The notes below the pieces were generated by a model. The model was not told where the DNA came from, searched no databases, and worked only from the letters and a program-made list of their open reading frames with translations. From an uncultured Acidobacteriota bacterium (GTDB lineage Bacteria > Acidobacteriota > Blastocatellia > RBC074), in assembly GCA_963796275.1 (NCBI GenBank), contig CAWCKY010000007.1:128001-192000 (forward strand): DNA of 64,000 nt. The letters run 5' to 3'. Within the stretch, counting starts at the first letter, position 1, and each line of letters begins with the position of its first letter. Both the position numbers and the translations under genes were made by a program. Shown in pieces: positions 42,363-53,309 of the stretch.

Positions 42363-43196
42363 TTGCCAAAATCTGAAGCTAAAATTCGGAGAAGAAGACC
42401 CAAGTCCAGTGTGAAGCCAAAGGTACACCCGGAGGTCACGTCCGCCCCTGAGTATTATTCGAAAGTCATCGGCAGGGCGCTTGGCATTCTCGATTTCTTC
42501 TCCGACCCGGATACCAACCTCAATCTTACCGAGCTCGTACAGTTGAGCGGAATACCCGAAGCCTCACTTTTCCGCGTGCTTCTGACTCTCGAGCACCATA
42601 ACTACCTTCAGCGCAATCCGGACGGATCTTATAGGATGGCGCCCAAAGTCCTGTTTGGGACCCTTTACGGGCATGCCGAGAAGCTTAAGCAAAAAATGCG
42701 CCCATTGCTGGTTTATCTCAACCAGCGCTTCGATGAGACCGTCAGCCTGGCCTATTTGTTTGGGGATAAGATACAGGTGATCGACGTTCTGGAGGCATTT
42801 CAAGAGGTTCGCGCGACAAATACGCTCGGAAAACTGCTCCCGCCACACTGCAGCTCCATGGCCAAGGCGATCACGGCCTTCCAGCCGCAGGAGCGCATCG
42901 ATAGAATCCTCAAAGTCTATGGGCTCGTTCGTTTTACCGAGAGAACTATTGTCGACCGCCTCGCAATCCTTAAGGAGTACGAGAAGATCAAGAATCAAGG
43001 CTGGTCTATGGAGCGCGAAGAATCAGCGGTCGGAATATGTTGTATGGGAGCGCCTGTTTTTAACGAAAACCGGAACGTGATGGCAGCTATCAGTGTGATG
43101 TGCCCGCTCATTCGCATCACGCCCGAGAGGGAAAAGGAGATCAGACAGGAGTTGCTCAAGACCTCCCGAGAAGCGGCATCTGCTCTCTTGATTTAG
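42363..43196 (+). CDS. IclR-family transcriptional regulator
   Basis: RALGILD HTH, ETVSL, HCSSMAKA, EESAVGICCMGAPV, AAISV. Confidence 0.93.
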   Translation: MPKSEAKIRRRRPKSSVKPKVHPEVTSAPEYYSKVIGRALGILDFFSDPDTNLNLTELVQLSGIPEASLFRVLLTLEHHNYLQRNPDGSYRMAPKVLFGTLYGHAEKLKQKMRPLLVYLNQRFDETVSLAYLFGDKIQVIDVLEAFQEVRATNTLGKLLPPHCSSMAKAITAFQPQERIDRILKVYGLVRFTERTIVDRLAILKEYEKIKNQGWSMEREESAVGICCMGAPVFNENRNVMAAISVMCPLIRITPEREKEIRQELLKTSREAASALLI

Positions 43197-43251
43197 AGAA
43201 CCCGCGCCGTCAATAGCCATACATCCCAATTTGTCATCCAGACAAACTGAT

Positions 43252-44787
43252 TCAGCGAGGCATCGATTTTCGTTCTGACACTGCAACCTTGATAAGTAAA
43301 ATGTCAAACAGCCCGCCGTTATGCGCATTTTGCAGTGAGCCGATTGTTGGTAGATTACGCGAGCCTGTCAGTCCGGTTGCCCAGACGCCGCCCTCCGGCG
43401 CAGGCGCTGTCCCTTCCAAATAATCCCTTCCGTTACCTCCAACGTAACTCGATAACAGCACTGACCCATTCGGATTTATCACGCATACAAAGCCATCTCC
43501 ATCTCTATAGCCTTCTCTCTCTCCACCGCCATAGACAGTTTGAATCGCGTTTGCCGTCGGAAAATCTGACGAATGGGTCATTCCTACAACCCACGCATTG
43601 CCATCCCGATCGATTGTTATGTCGCCACCATCATAGCCGCTTGAGTCATACCCGCTGCCACCAAGGTAGGTGGAATACAATATTTTCGTTCCCATCGTAT
43701 CGAACTTCATTACGAATGCATCGGTCTCCCCTTTGTAGCTACGCTGGATGGCATTCGGGGTGGTAGGAAAGTCGGTGGATTCAGATCCGCCTGCGAGATA
43801 TGGCCTTCCGGCACCATCGACAGCTATGCCCCAACCATAATCTTCGCCCGCGCCTCCAATGAAAGTCGAAAATCCATAACTCAAATCAGAGAGCTTCAGC
43901 CTGGTCAAAAATGCGTCTGTTTTTCCATTCAGCATCTTTTGAATCGCCGCTCGCAGCGGAAAATCAGGTGATTGGGTGCACCCGGAAATGAATAGACTAC
44001 CTGAATTATCGAGAGCTATTCCCGTCAACTTCTCATCCTCACTGCCCCCGATATATTTGACATATTCGACTCGCAAGGTTGACGGCTGATCGAGCTTCCA
44101 AACGGCGACGAATCCGTCTCCCTTTCCTGAATTCTTGCTTCCCATTTCAATTCCAGGCAGATCATCGGACCAGGTCGTCCCAGCCAGATAGACATTCCCT
44201 GCTTTATCGAGCGCCAGTGCATTGCCCTGATCAGCGGCGCTGCCGCCGAAAAACGACGAGTATTCAATTGCGCCGTCAGCCTTGAGCTTCACCAGAAAGG
44301 CATCGCTCTCGCCGCCGATATATTCGCGCCGAAATGCATTGCCGGTAGTAGGGAAGTTAGACGACTTGGTAAATCCGGCAACGTAGGCATTGCCTTGTTG
44401 ATCAACTTCGATGCGAAATGCACCGTCATATTTACTCCCTCCCAAACGTGTCGTGTAGATCACTTTTCCGGCGACCGGGTCGATCTTGGATACGAAAGCA
44501 TCCATCCGATCGGCGTCCTGGGAGTTATCTCGTCGTTTGGAGCCCGGAAAATCGTTCGACAAAGAATGACAAGCCAGATAAATATTGCCCGCAGAGTCCA
44601 CCGTGATGTCATCACAGTCATCCTCATCGCTCCCGCCAAACCAAGACAGAAAGCTGAAAGACACAGCCCTGGTGCTTGGGATTTGCTTATCGGAGCGAGA
44701 AAGCTGGCTGGTGACGGCTGTTCGCGAGCTTAAGCATATGAAGCTAAGTAAAGGAACGGCAAAAATGATAAATACAGTTTTACGCAT
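43252..44787 (-). CDS. SBBP (beta-propeller) repeat protein
   Basis: Repeated YSTYLGGS / GNAYVAG / SSDFPT / DAFV units; signal peptide. Confidence 0.9.
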   Translation of the reverse strand: MRKTVFIIFAVPLLSFICLSSRTAVTSQLSRSDKQIPSTRAVSFSFLSWFGGSDEDDCDDITVDSAGNIYLACHSLSNDFPGSKRRDNSQDADRMDAFVSKIDPVAGKVIYTTRLGGSKYDGAFRIEVDQQGNAYVAGFTKSSNFPTTGNAFRREYIGGESDAFLVKLKADGAIEYSSFFGGSAADQGNALALDKAGNVYLAGTTWSDDLPGIEMGSKNSGKGDGFVAVWKLDQPSTLRVEYVKYIGGSEDEKLTGIALDNSGSLFISGCTQSPDFPLRAAIQKMLNGKTDAFLTRLKLSDLSYGFSTFIGGAGEDYGWGIAVDGAGRPYLAGGSESTDFPTTPNAIQRSYKGETDAFVMKFDTMGTKILYSTYLGGSGYDSSGYDGGDITIDRDGNAWVVGMTHSSDFPTANAIQTVYGGGEREGYRDGDGFVCVINPNGSVLLSSYVGGNGRDYLEGTAPAPEGGVWATGLTGSRNLPTIGSLQNAHNGGLFDILLIKVAVSERKSMPR

Positions 44788-45286
44788 AGTCGTCGAATCG
44801 CCTCAGGGATAGTCTTATTCGTCTCACTCAGGGTTTTGAGGGAGCCGCGGACAATCTGAGCGCAGCGCCTCCAGAATCTTGTGCGGCTTATGAGGGACAG
44901 CACGTTCATCCGGGTCTCGATAGTTATTTTCCACATGTTTCACATAGTAAAACGGCGCTTTGCGCAATGCAAAATCAGCCTTGACAGTGTGATTCATCGA
45001 ACATATATTCCGTTCACATTTCGCGTTTGGAAATATTTCACAATAAGAATAACAAAAGAGCCTTTGTATGCTGCGAACAGGCTTCGATCTTCGGGCTTCC
45101 GCTGGATAGGAACGCAGACCTGTTGGGCGCAGTTTAATTCATGGCGTGGTGAGGGACCAACTGCATCCCTCATGCCAGGCGTGACTGTGCGTGTGACGTG
45201 TGGCGCCACCGGGCAGATCGACTTCTTCACTCACGCCCAAGTGCGCTGCAACCCGGACCCCGGTGATGTTCTGGAAAGGAATGGAA

Positions 45287-46564
45287 ATGAACCGGCGACA
45301 TTTTATTTCTGCAATTGCGGCTTCGGCCATCACATCAGCTGCTGCAAAAGACTGGGCGACATCGAGTCGGGCTAGACGGATGCGAACTGCGCCCGTCGCG
45401 ATCAAAAGCGTGGCGCTGGCGCCTTATGAAGGACGTTTCCACAAGTTTGTCGCGATGAACAGTTACGACAGAGCTCCCAAAGGTCACACCTATCCGCAAA
45501 CCCTGGTGCGGATCGCTACTGATCAAGGGATCGAAGGGGTTGGCGTAATGGGATACGCCGCGGCGAATGCGGAATTTCATCAATCGCTCAAAAGCCTGAT
45601 CGGCGCCAATCCGCTCGAATTGTACGAAATGAAGGATAGCCGCATCGTCGGTCGTTCTCCCGGATTTGCGGATATTCTCGGGCGTTACCGTTTTCTAGAC
45701 TGGGCCCTGATGGACCTTATCGGAAAGCTGAACGGGAAGCCGGTCTGGCAACTGATCGGCAAGAGCGCGCGCGATAGGGTAGAGGTCTACGACGGAACGC
45801 TCTATTTCAGCGATGTCTGGTTCCGTGACCGTGGAGTACGCGCCGTCGTCGAGGAAGCTGAAGAAGCTCAGAAGAAAGGTTACCGCGGCGTCAAGCTCAA
45901 GCTCGGCCGCGGGTGGAAGTGGATGGATAAAGAAGAAGGATTGCGCCGGGACATCGAAGTCGTGCGGGCCGTCCGCAAAGCCGTGGGCCCGCAGATGAAG
46001 CTGATGGCGGACGCCAACAACGGGTACCAAAAAGACCCGGTACGCGCCTGGCGATTGCTGGCCGAGACCGCCGACGCAAATCTGTACCTGATAGAAGAAA
46101 TCTTTCCGGAGGACGTTCAGCACTATACGGATCTCAGGACGAAGATGCATCAAGCCGGAATGAAGACGCTGATCGCCGATGGAGAGAATGCTTCAAACAT
46201 CGCATTGTTTAAGCCCTACCTGGAGCCGCGGCGTCTGATGGACATTCTACAGATGGATATTCGCACCGGCGGTCTGTTGGAGAATCTCACGCTGGCGCGC
46301 ATGGGCGAGGCGGCCGGCGCCGTGTCGATCCCTCATAACTGGGGATCGCAGGTCGGTGGTCTGATGGGCCTTCATCTCGCGAAAGCCGTTCCCAACGTCA
46401 TCGCCGCAGAAGACGACCGTTCCACATGCGACCTGATCGTCGCAGAAGGATATGAGTTCCGCGATGGAACCTACAGCATTCCGGAGAGCCCCGGGCTGTC
46501 GATCCGCGTGGATGAGGACGTCTACCAGCTGAAATGCAAACCTGGTGAGACTCTTATCAATTAG
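45287..46564 (+). CDS. Mandelate racemase/enolase-superfamily enzyme, Tat signal
   Basis: MNRRHFI; DLIGK, KLKLG, MADAN, IEE, ADGE, PHNWG, PGL. Confidence 0.9.
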   Translation: MNRRHFISAIAASAITSAAAKDWATSSRARRMRTAPVAIKSVALAPYEGRFHKFVAMNSYDRAPKGHTYPQTLVRIATDQGIEGVGVMGYAAANAEFHQSLKSLIGANPLELYEMKDSRIVGRSPGFADILGRYRFLDWALMDLIGKLNGKPVWQLIGKSARDRVEVYDGTLYFSDVWFRDRGVRAVVEEAEEAQKKGYRGVKLKLGRGWKWMDKEEGLRRDIEVVRAVRKAVGPQMKLMADANNGYQKDPVRAWRLLAETADANLYLIEEIFPEDVQHYTDLRTKMHQAGMKTLIADGENASNIALFKPYLEPRRLMDILQMDIRTGGLLENLTLARMGEAAGAVSIPHNWGSQVGGLMGLHLAKAVPNVIAAEDDRSTCDLIVAEGYEFRDGTYSIPESPGLSIRVDEDVYQLKCKPGETLIN

Positions 46565-46722
46565 GTTTATCGGTATCTGCTCATAGCTCGTTTTAAATGC
46601 TGGTTAGTTCAACCTGAAGCCCCAAACCTTGCCCCGTTCGCTCAATAACAGCTGGTTAAAACTTTGCCGGGATCATCGCCAATCGAAACAAAGAGAAGAG
46701 ATTTATCACAAAGGAGAATCGC

Positions 46723-49700
46723 ATGCGGAAAAGTATTTGGGCTGTACTGACAACCGTCTTTCTGCTCTCCAGCCCCGCCTGGGCGCAATTCAACAGCGCC
46801 CTCCAGGGCGTTGTGCAGGATGCGTCAAAGGCGGCGGTCACCGGTGCTACGGTCAAACTCAATAACAGGCAAACCGGGGCGACGCAGGAGACCAAGACGA
46901 GCGAGGCAGGTTTCTACCGCTTCACCAGCCTGGCGCCGGGTGAATATGAAATCACGATCGATGCGCAAGGGTTTCAGGTTAAGTCGGTGAAGACTTCGCT
47001 GACGACCAGGCAAAACCTCGAAGTCAATTTCGATCTGGAAGTGAAGACCGCACAAGAGACCGTGCAGGTGACGGCGGAGGCGCCGATTCTCAACACGGCT
47101 GAGACGCGGCAAGAATTGACGTTGAAACAGGGCAAGATTCGCGACCTGCCGCTACTCAACAACAGCATCTTCGTTCTGCTGTCGCTCGCTCCCGGAGTCG
47201 TCGGCACGAACGGCGCAGACGACAATTTCAACCCGGAGTATTTTTCCCAGATGAGCGCGAACGGCCGCAGCGCTGCCGGCAACACCTTCAACGTTGACGG
47301 GCTGAGTGTGACGAGCAATATCACCAACGGGACCTCCAACCTCGGGCTCAATCCCGAGGCAGTGCAAGAAGTGACAATCGAGACCAATACGTTTAAGGCC
47401 GAGCAGGGCCTGGGCAGTTCAATCGTGGTTTCTATAGCGACCAAGGCGGGCACCAACCAGTATCACGGGGCCGCTAATTACTGGTTCACCAACCAGGACA
47501 TGCGCGCCCGCACCAGTCTGCCCCATGTCGCCGAATATGCCCCGTTCGCGCGGCAGAACCTGAGCGGCGGTTTCGGCGGCCCGATCATCAAGAACAAGAC
47601 CTTCTTCTTCGGGGCCGTCGAAATGTTGCGCTCAAAAAATTCGCAGATCAGCAACGAGAGCTACGAGGCTCCGGAATTTCTCGCCTGGGCCCGACAAAAC
47701 TTCCCGAATACGGTCGGAACAAAACTCCTCACCGATGTTCCGATTCAGGGGCCGGTGCAGACCAATGTCCTGAGTACCGCGGCTGACGTACTGGGCGCCG
47801 GCAATTGCGGAATGGCGGCGACGGCCAATATTCCGTGCTCCCTTCCGATGGTGGTGCAGGGCACGTGGAACCGTTCGCCGTTCCGCAATGGGCTGCAATG
47901 GAGCATTCGCGGCGACCAAAATCTGCGCGATGGCAAAGACCGCATTTATGGCAGCTTCGTCCGGACGGAGTCCGAAAACGCCGATTTCGCGATTCGCCCT
48001 GAGCTAAGTGGACTTAGCGAGCGCAAGGTGAACGCTTACCAGGCCAGCTGGGTTCACACCTTCAGCGCCACTCTGCTCAACGAATTCGGCTTCTCGGCCA
48101 ACCGGGTGGAAGGATCGGATGGCATCGGCAAACCGTTCCGCCTCCCCTCGATCGGGGTTCAGGGCAGCGTCGGGACGGGCGTCGGTGGCGGCGGCACCTT
48201 CGTACAACACAACTACAACTGGCGCGATGTCGTGACCTGGGTCAAGGGTTCGCACACATTGAAATTCGGCGGGACGTTTTACACGGGCGACGATTATGCG
48301 CTCTTCGCGCCGGGCAACAGCCGCCCGACCTTCACCTTTCTGAATTTGCTCGACCTGGTGCGCGATCAACCTTTTTCAGGCGGCCTGGGCGCCCACGATC
48401 CCCTGACGGGCCAGAGGAAATCCTACGAATTCGGCGCGGCGCTCAACACGATCAGCGCTTTCGTTCAGGACGAATGGAAAGTGCGCCCGAATTTGACGTT
48501 GACGCTGAGTTTGCGCTGGGACGATTTCGGCAATCCGAGCGCGATCAAGGAGCCGGTCAAGGACTGGAAATTCACGAATCTATTCGTCGCACCGGGCAAG
48601 ACGGTGGACGAGATCATTCCGAACGCGGCCATCCGCCTGGTCGATCATCCATTTGACGGACGGTTGAATAAGAACTTCAGTCCCCGATTCGGATTCGCCT
48701 GGTCGCCCGGCAGCAGCCGCAAGACAAGCATACGAGGGGGCATCGGTTTGTATAATGACTGGGTCACGCTCGGCGAGACGGTGGACCGAATGAATATCAA
48801 TCCGCCGAATTTCCTCCTCCCAAACTTCGGCGTCAACCTGCCGCTTAAACCTCCAACCTTCCAGATCGGCACGTCGGACGTGTTCCCGTTCGGCTTCAAT
48901 ATTCCGCCGTTGACGGCGGCGAGTCTCGACGCGCGCGGCGGCATCAGCGGGTTGCAGACCCGCGTCGGCGGCGTCGCTCCCGATCTCACCACGCCGAAGG
49001 TCGTAAATTACCTGATCGGCGTCGAACGCGAAATATGGCGGCGCACGGTGGTCGGAATCAGCTACAGCGGCTCACGGACCTGGGATGCCATTGTCGGCAC
49101 GGATTTTAACCGGATACCGGGAGACTTGCTCGACACCCGTCTGGATCGGTTGAACCCGAGCTTCGGCGAGATCACCTACATCATCAATTTCAACAAGATG
49201 GCCTACAACGCGATGATCGCTTCAGTTCGCACGGACATGGGCCAACGAGGTCTCGTCCAGGCTTCGTACACGCTGGGCCGCGTCACCGATCTGTACCAGG
49301 GCGGCTCGCGTTCGGTCGGGTTAGAATCCGCGCCGGACCCGCGGCAGTTAGGAGACCGCCAGGCCGATTCCCGGTTTGATGTGCGGCATCGTTTATCCGC
49401 CTCGGGCATCTACCGGCTGCCGACGCCGTTCAGGGAAGCACGGTTGGCGAAAGCCTTCCTGGGCGGTTGGGAGATCGGTTCGACGGCTATCGTTCAATCC
49501 GGCACTCCGTTCACCGTCTTCTCAAACGCGGCGTTTAACCCGATACGCGACGCTAACGGGATCGTGACAGGGTTGAATCCGAACAGCGGAGATTACAATG
49601 CGGACGGGTTTAATTACGACTTTCCGAATCAGGCGCCGAATCTGCCGCAAAAATTCAGCCGCGACAATTTTTTGGGCAGTAACTCGCAGAAGGCCGTCTA

Positions 49701-49989
49701 CACGTTCGCGCAGTTCCCGGTGCCGACCATCGGGACGGAAGGGAACGGGCAGCGGTCCTATTTCCGGCAGCAAGGCTTCATCGGCATCAATGCCAGCTTG
49801 ATCAAGAATAACCGTCTGCCGATACTCGGTGAAGGCGGGAACCTGCAGCTCAAATTCGAGTTCTTCAACGTTCTCAATCGCGTGAACCTGGGAGACGTTG
49901 AGGCGAATCTGGCCAGCTTCAATTTCGGTAGGATTCTCGGTCAGCGCGATCCGCGCGTGATGCAGGTAGGCGCGCGCATCTCATTTTGA
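46723..49989 (+). CDS. Oar-type TonB-dependent receptor
   Basis: Signal peptide; GVVQDAS, FVQDEWKV, FSPRFG, C-terminal QVGARISF. Confidence 0.92.
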   Translation: MRKSIWAVLTTVFLLSSPAWAQFNSALQGVVQDASKAAVTGATVKLNNRQTGATQETKTSEAGFYRFTSLAPGEYEITIDAQGFQVKSVKTSLTTRQNLEVNFDLEVKTAQETVQVTAEAPILNTAETRQELTLKQGKIRDLPLLNNSIFVLLSLAPGVVGTNGADDNFNPEYFSQMSANGRSAAGNTFNVDGLSVTSNITNGTSNLGLNPEAVQEVTIETNTFKAEQGLGSSIVVSIATKAGTNQYHGAANYWFTNQDMRARTSLPHVAEYAPFARQNLSGGFGGPIIKNKTFFFGAVEMLRSKNSQISNESYEAPEFLAWARQNFPNTVGTKLLTDVPIQGPVQTNVLSTAADVLGAGNCGMAATANIPCSLPMVVQGTWNRSPFRNGLQWSIRGDQNLRDGKDRIYGSFVRTESENADFAIRPELSGLSERKVNAYQASWVHTFSATLLNEFGFSANRVEGSDGIGKPFRLPSIGVQGSVGTGVGGGGTFVQHNYNWRDVVTWVKGSHTLKFGGTFYTGDDYALFAPGNSRPTFTFLNLLDLVRDQPFSGGLGAHDPLTGQRKSYEFGAALNTISAFVQDEWKVRPNLTLTLSLRWDDFGNPSAIKEPVKDWKFTNLFVAPGKTVDEIIPNAAIRLVDHPFDGRLNKNFSPRFGFAWSPGSSRKTSIRGGIGLYNDWVTLGETVDRMNINPPNFLLPNFGVNLPLKPPTFQIGTSDVFPFGFNIPPLTAASLDARGGISGLQTRVGGVAPDLTTPKVVNYLIGVEREIWRRTVVGISYSGSRTWDAIVGTDFNRIPGDLLDTRLDRLNPSFGEITYIINFNKMAYNAMIASVRTDMGQRGLVQASYTLGRVTDLYQGGSRSVGLESAPDPRQLGDRQADSRFDVRHRLSASGIYRLPTPFREARLAKAFLGGWEIGSTAIVQSGTPFTVFSNAAFNPIRDANGIVTGLNPNSGDYNADGFNYDFPNQAPNLPQKFSRDNFLGSNSQKAVYTFAQFPVPTIGTEGNGQRSYFRQQGFIGINASLIKNNRLPILGEGGNLQLKFEFFNVLNRVNLGDVEANLASFNFGRILGQRDPRVMQVGARISF

Positions 49990-50000
49990 TGGTGTCATCT

Positions 50001-50047
50001 GAACGGCAGCGCCGCTTCGGCAAAATCGCTGAACCGGCGCCGCCTTC
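50001..50047 (+). terminator. GC-rich hairpin after the TBDR (terminator or mRNA stabiliser)
   Basis: GGCAGCGCCGCTTCGGC...GCTGAACCGGCGCCGCC imperfect stem. Confidence 0.45.
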
Positions 50048-50083
50048 TCCGCAGGCGCTTTTTTCACGAGGGGGGGTGGGCAG

Positions 50084-51553
50084 ATGGCTCGTATGCGCTG
50101 TGTCTTCCTTTTCGTCCACTTTCTTATCTTCATTCTGAGCTTAAGCTGTGAGCTAGCATTCGCCCAGGGCTTCGAGCAGGCGCGCGATCTGATTCGTCAG
50201 GGACAATTTGCCGAGGCCCTGCACGCCTGCGACGTAGGTCTGAAATCACAGCCGCGCAATTATCAAATCTTGACGCTCAAAGGCATTGCGCTGCAGGGCA
50301 TGGGGCGGAACCAGGATGGCCTGGCGGCCTTTCGACAGGCTTTGAGAATTCAACCGAAATTTCTGCCCGCGCTGCAGGGCGCCGCCCAACTCGAGTATCA
50401 ACTGTCTGATCCGCAATGCCGCAAGACGCTCGAGGCGCTTCTCCAAATCCGCCCTGAGCCAACCGCTCACGCGATGCTCGGCGCGCTGGCCTTCGAGCGA
50501 AAAGATTGCGCCGCCGCGATCAAGCATTACGGCGAAGCGGGAACGGCGGCCAATAATTCCATCGTAAAATGGCAACGCGCGATGTGTCACTATCAACTCA
50601 GGCAATGGGAGCCGGCGGAGACGCAGTTTCGCGAACTGCTTGCGACGGGTGAGAACGATCAAATCCGGTACAACCTCGCGCTGACGCAACTGGAAGGCAA
50701 GAAGTTCGCGGACGCAATCGCCACGCTCGAATCGCTGGGCAAGAAAGAGACTGCCGATGGCGACACGCTGAGCCTGCTAGCCGCTGCTTACAACGCGAAC
50801 AAGCAGGTACCCGAAGCGATCGAAGTCTTGCGCCGAGCAATCGCGCTACATCCGCGCGAAGAACGCCTTTACTCCGACCTGGCCGCGATCTGCCTCGAAC
50901 ACGACGCGATCCCAATCGGCATCGAAGTGCTGGAAGTCGGCGCGCGTAATATTCCTGTTTCGGCGCGCATCCAGACGATGCTCGGCGTATTGCACATCCG
51001 CTCCAATCAAGCGGATAAAGGCAAAGAGGCGTTTAAAAGGGCCAAACAGATTGCGCCCGACGCTACGTATAGCGGCATCAGTCTGGCTGTCGCTCTGATG
51101 CAACTCGGCACGGTGGAAGAAGCGCTCGATCAATTGCGCGAAGAACTCCAGCGGGCGCCCGAGGATTTACGCGTCTGCCTTACGTTGGCGCAGGCGTTGC
51201 TCCAAAAAGATTCGTCGCCCGCCGAATCGCAGGAGGCCCAAACGCTGCTGCGGCGCGTGATAGAAGGTGAACCGAACAACGCCCGCGCCCATTCGCTGCT
51301 GGGTAAGGTCTATCTACGGCGCGAGGAAACGGCCAATGCGGCGCGCGCCCTGGAGACCGCGATTCGCCTCGATTCGTCCGATCGCAACGCGACATATCAA
51401 TTGATGACGCTCTACCGCAAAACCGGAAGAATGAAAGAAGCCATCGCGCTGCAAGAGAAGGTTCAACGGCTGCTCGACGCCGAACGCGCGGAAGAGGGTG
51501 AAGCTGCGCGATTCCGCCTTTTCCGCGTTCCCGAGGGACGCCCCCCGCAATAG
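50084..51553 (+). CDS. Tetratricopeptide repeat exported protein
   Basis: Signal peptide; multiple TPR-like helices (AFRQALRIQP, AHSLLGKVY). Confidence 0.88.
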   Translation: MARMRCVFLFVHFLIFILSLSCELAFAQGFEQARDLIRQGQFAEALHACDVGLKSQPRNYQILTLKGIALQGMGRNQDGLAAFRQALRIQPKFLPALQGAAQLEYQLSDPQCRKTLEALLQIRPEPTAHAMLGALAFERKDCAAAIKHYGEAGTAANNSIVKWQRAMCHYQLRQWEPAETQFRELLATGENDQIRYNLALTQLEGKKFADAIATLESLGKKETADGDTLSLLAAAYNANKQVPEAIEVLRRAIALHPREERLYSDLAAICLEHDAIPIGIEVLEVGARNIPVSARIQTMLGVLHIRSNQADKGKEAFKRAKQIAPDATYSGISLAVALMQLGTVEEALDQLREELQRAPEDLRVCLTLAQALLQKDSSPAESQEAQTLLRRVIEGEPNNARAHSLLGKVYLRREETANAARALETAIRLDSSDRNATYQLMTLYRKTGRMKEAIALQEKVQRLLDAERAEEGEAARFRLFRVPEGRPPQ

Positions 51554-51773
51554 AACTAGGAAAAGATTTGCTTTCGTTTTTCTATGATGGAAGTAGTCAG
51601 TGGGATTATTATGGCCTGGAGGGCGCAATCCGGTCAGATGCATATTTCTTGTTAGCCGTTTCGTGTACCTATTGTGGGCGTTCGATTATGCGCACCCTTC
51701 CGGGTAATCCACTCCCGGCATGCGACCGGCCCGGTACCTTGTATTATCTGTTGATTGGCAGGAATATAGTTCG

Positions 51774-53306
51774 TTACGCCAGGATATCCTTTAGCACTTG
51801 CCCCTCATCGGTAGGCCCGATGAGCCGGTTGTTCAATCCCTGATAAGGAAAACTGAAACGGTAAGGATCCAGGCCGAGGATGTGCAATATGGTTGCCTGC
51901 AAGTCGCGGATGCTCACAGGATTTTCGACGGGGTAATAGCCGAACTCATCGGTCGCGCCATACGCGAGTCCTCCTTTCACGCCGCCGCCAGCCAGCCACA
52001 TCGTATAGGCGAATGTGTGATGGTCGCGGCCGATGAAGCCTTTTTTCAGTTCGGTGCGCACGTTGTTCTGCATCATAGGCGTGCGACCGAATTCGCCACC
52101 CCAGACCACCAGCGTTTCGTTGAGCAAGCCGCGTTGTTCAAGGTCGATCAGCAGGCCGGCAATGGCGCGATCCGTCTGTTGGCACTTGATCGGAAGCGTT
52201 TCGTCGATGCTTTCTCCGGGCGAAGAGCCGTGATGATCCCAGCCCCAATCATATAACTGGACGAAGCGCACGCCCTTTTCGATCAAACGCCGCGCGAGCA
52301 GGCAGTTATTGGCGAAAGTGGGATCGTCGCCTTTATAAAAGATGCGCGGGTCCTCGGCGCTTTCGGCCTGGGAGACGAAGCCGGGCTTCGCGCCGTAGAG
52401 ATCGAGGATATGCTGCGGCTCTTTTGAAATGTCCATCACCTCTGGCACGGAAGTCTGCATCCGGTATGCGAGCTCGTATTGTGCGATGCGTGTGAGCGTT
52501 TCGCCGTCGCCGCTGCGGCGATACTCGGCGTTGTTCATCTCTGCCAGAGCGTCCAGGGTGCGGCGGCGCAACTTTTGATCGATGCCGTCGGGATTACCCA
52601 GATAGAGCACCGGATCTCCGCTGTCGCGGCATTGCACGCCCTGATAGACGCCGGGCAGGAAGCCCGAACCCCACAGCGATTTGCCGGCATCGGGCGTCTT
52701 GCCCCCCGATAGCAAGACAACAAAGCCCGGCAGGTCTTCGTTCACACTGCCCAACCCATAGGTTACCCACGAGCCGAGCGCGGGATTGCCCAACCGCGGC
52801 GAGCCCGTATGAACGAAGAGCTGGGCGGGCGCGTGGTTGAATTGATCGGTATGAACCGTACGAATGACGCAAGTCTTGTCTACGACCCTGGCAAAATGCG
52901 GCAGCAGTTCACTGATCCATTGCCCGCTCCGGCCGTGACGCGCGAACCGGAATTGCGCCGCCAGAATCTTCGGCACGCCCTTGATGAAGGCGAACCGCTT
53001 GCCCTCGAGGAACGATGGCGGACAATCCTTCATATGCAGTTGGTTCAGTTCCGGCTTATGCTCGAACAGCTCGAGCTGCGACGGCGATCCCGCCATATGC
53101 AGATAGATGACGCGCTTTGCTTGCGCCGCAAGCATCGGCGGCTTGGGCGCGAGCGGGTTGTGCTCTTGCGTTGTGGCGATCGCATCGCGCGCCAGCAGCG
53201 ATTGCAATGCCATGGCGCCGAGCCCCAGGCCACTGCTCTTGAAAAAATGCCTCCGCGTAATCTCGCGCGTGCGGATAAACTCCGGTGATAAATCGCTCGT
53301 TTTCAT
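51774..53306 (-). CDS. DUF1501 protein, Tat signal
   Basis: [45 protein letters not shown]. Confidence 0.92.
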   Translation of the reverse strand: MKTSDLSPEFIRTREITRRHFFKSSGLGLGAMALQSLLARDAIATTQEHNPLAPKPPMLAAQAKRVIYLHMAGSPSQLELFEHKPELNQLHMKDCPPSFLEGKRFAFIKGVPKILAAQFRFARHGRSGQWISELLPHFARVVDKTCVIRTVHTDQFNHAPAQLFVHTGSPRLGNPALGSWVTYGLGSVNEDLPGFVVLLSGGKTPDAGKSLWGSGFLPGVYQGVQCRDSGDPVLYLGNPDGIDQKLRRRTLDALAEMNNAEYRRSGDGETLTRIAQYELAYRMQTSVPEVMDISKEPQHILDLYGAKPGFVSQAESAEDPRIFYKGDDPTFANNCLLARRLIEKGVRFVQLYDWGWDHHGSSPGESIDETLPIKCQQTDRAIAGLLIDLEQRGLLNETLVVWGGEFGRTPMMQNNVRTELKKGFIGRDHHTFAYTMWLAGGGVKGGLAYGATDEFGYYPVENPVSIRDLQATILHILGLDPYRFSFPYQGLNNRLIGPTDEGQVLKDILA

Positions 53307-53309
53307 AGG

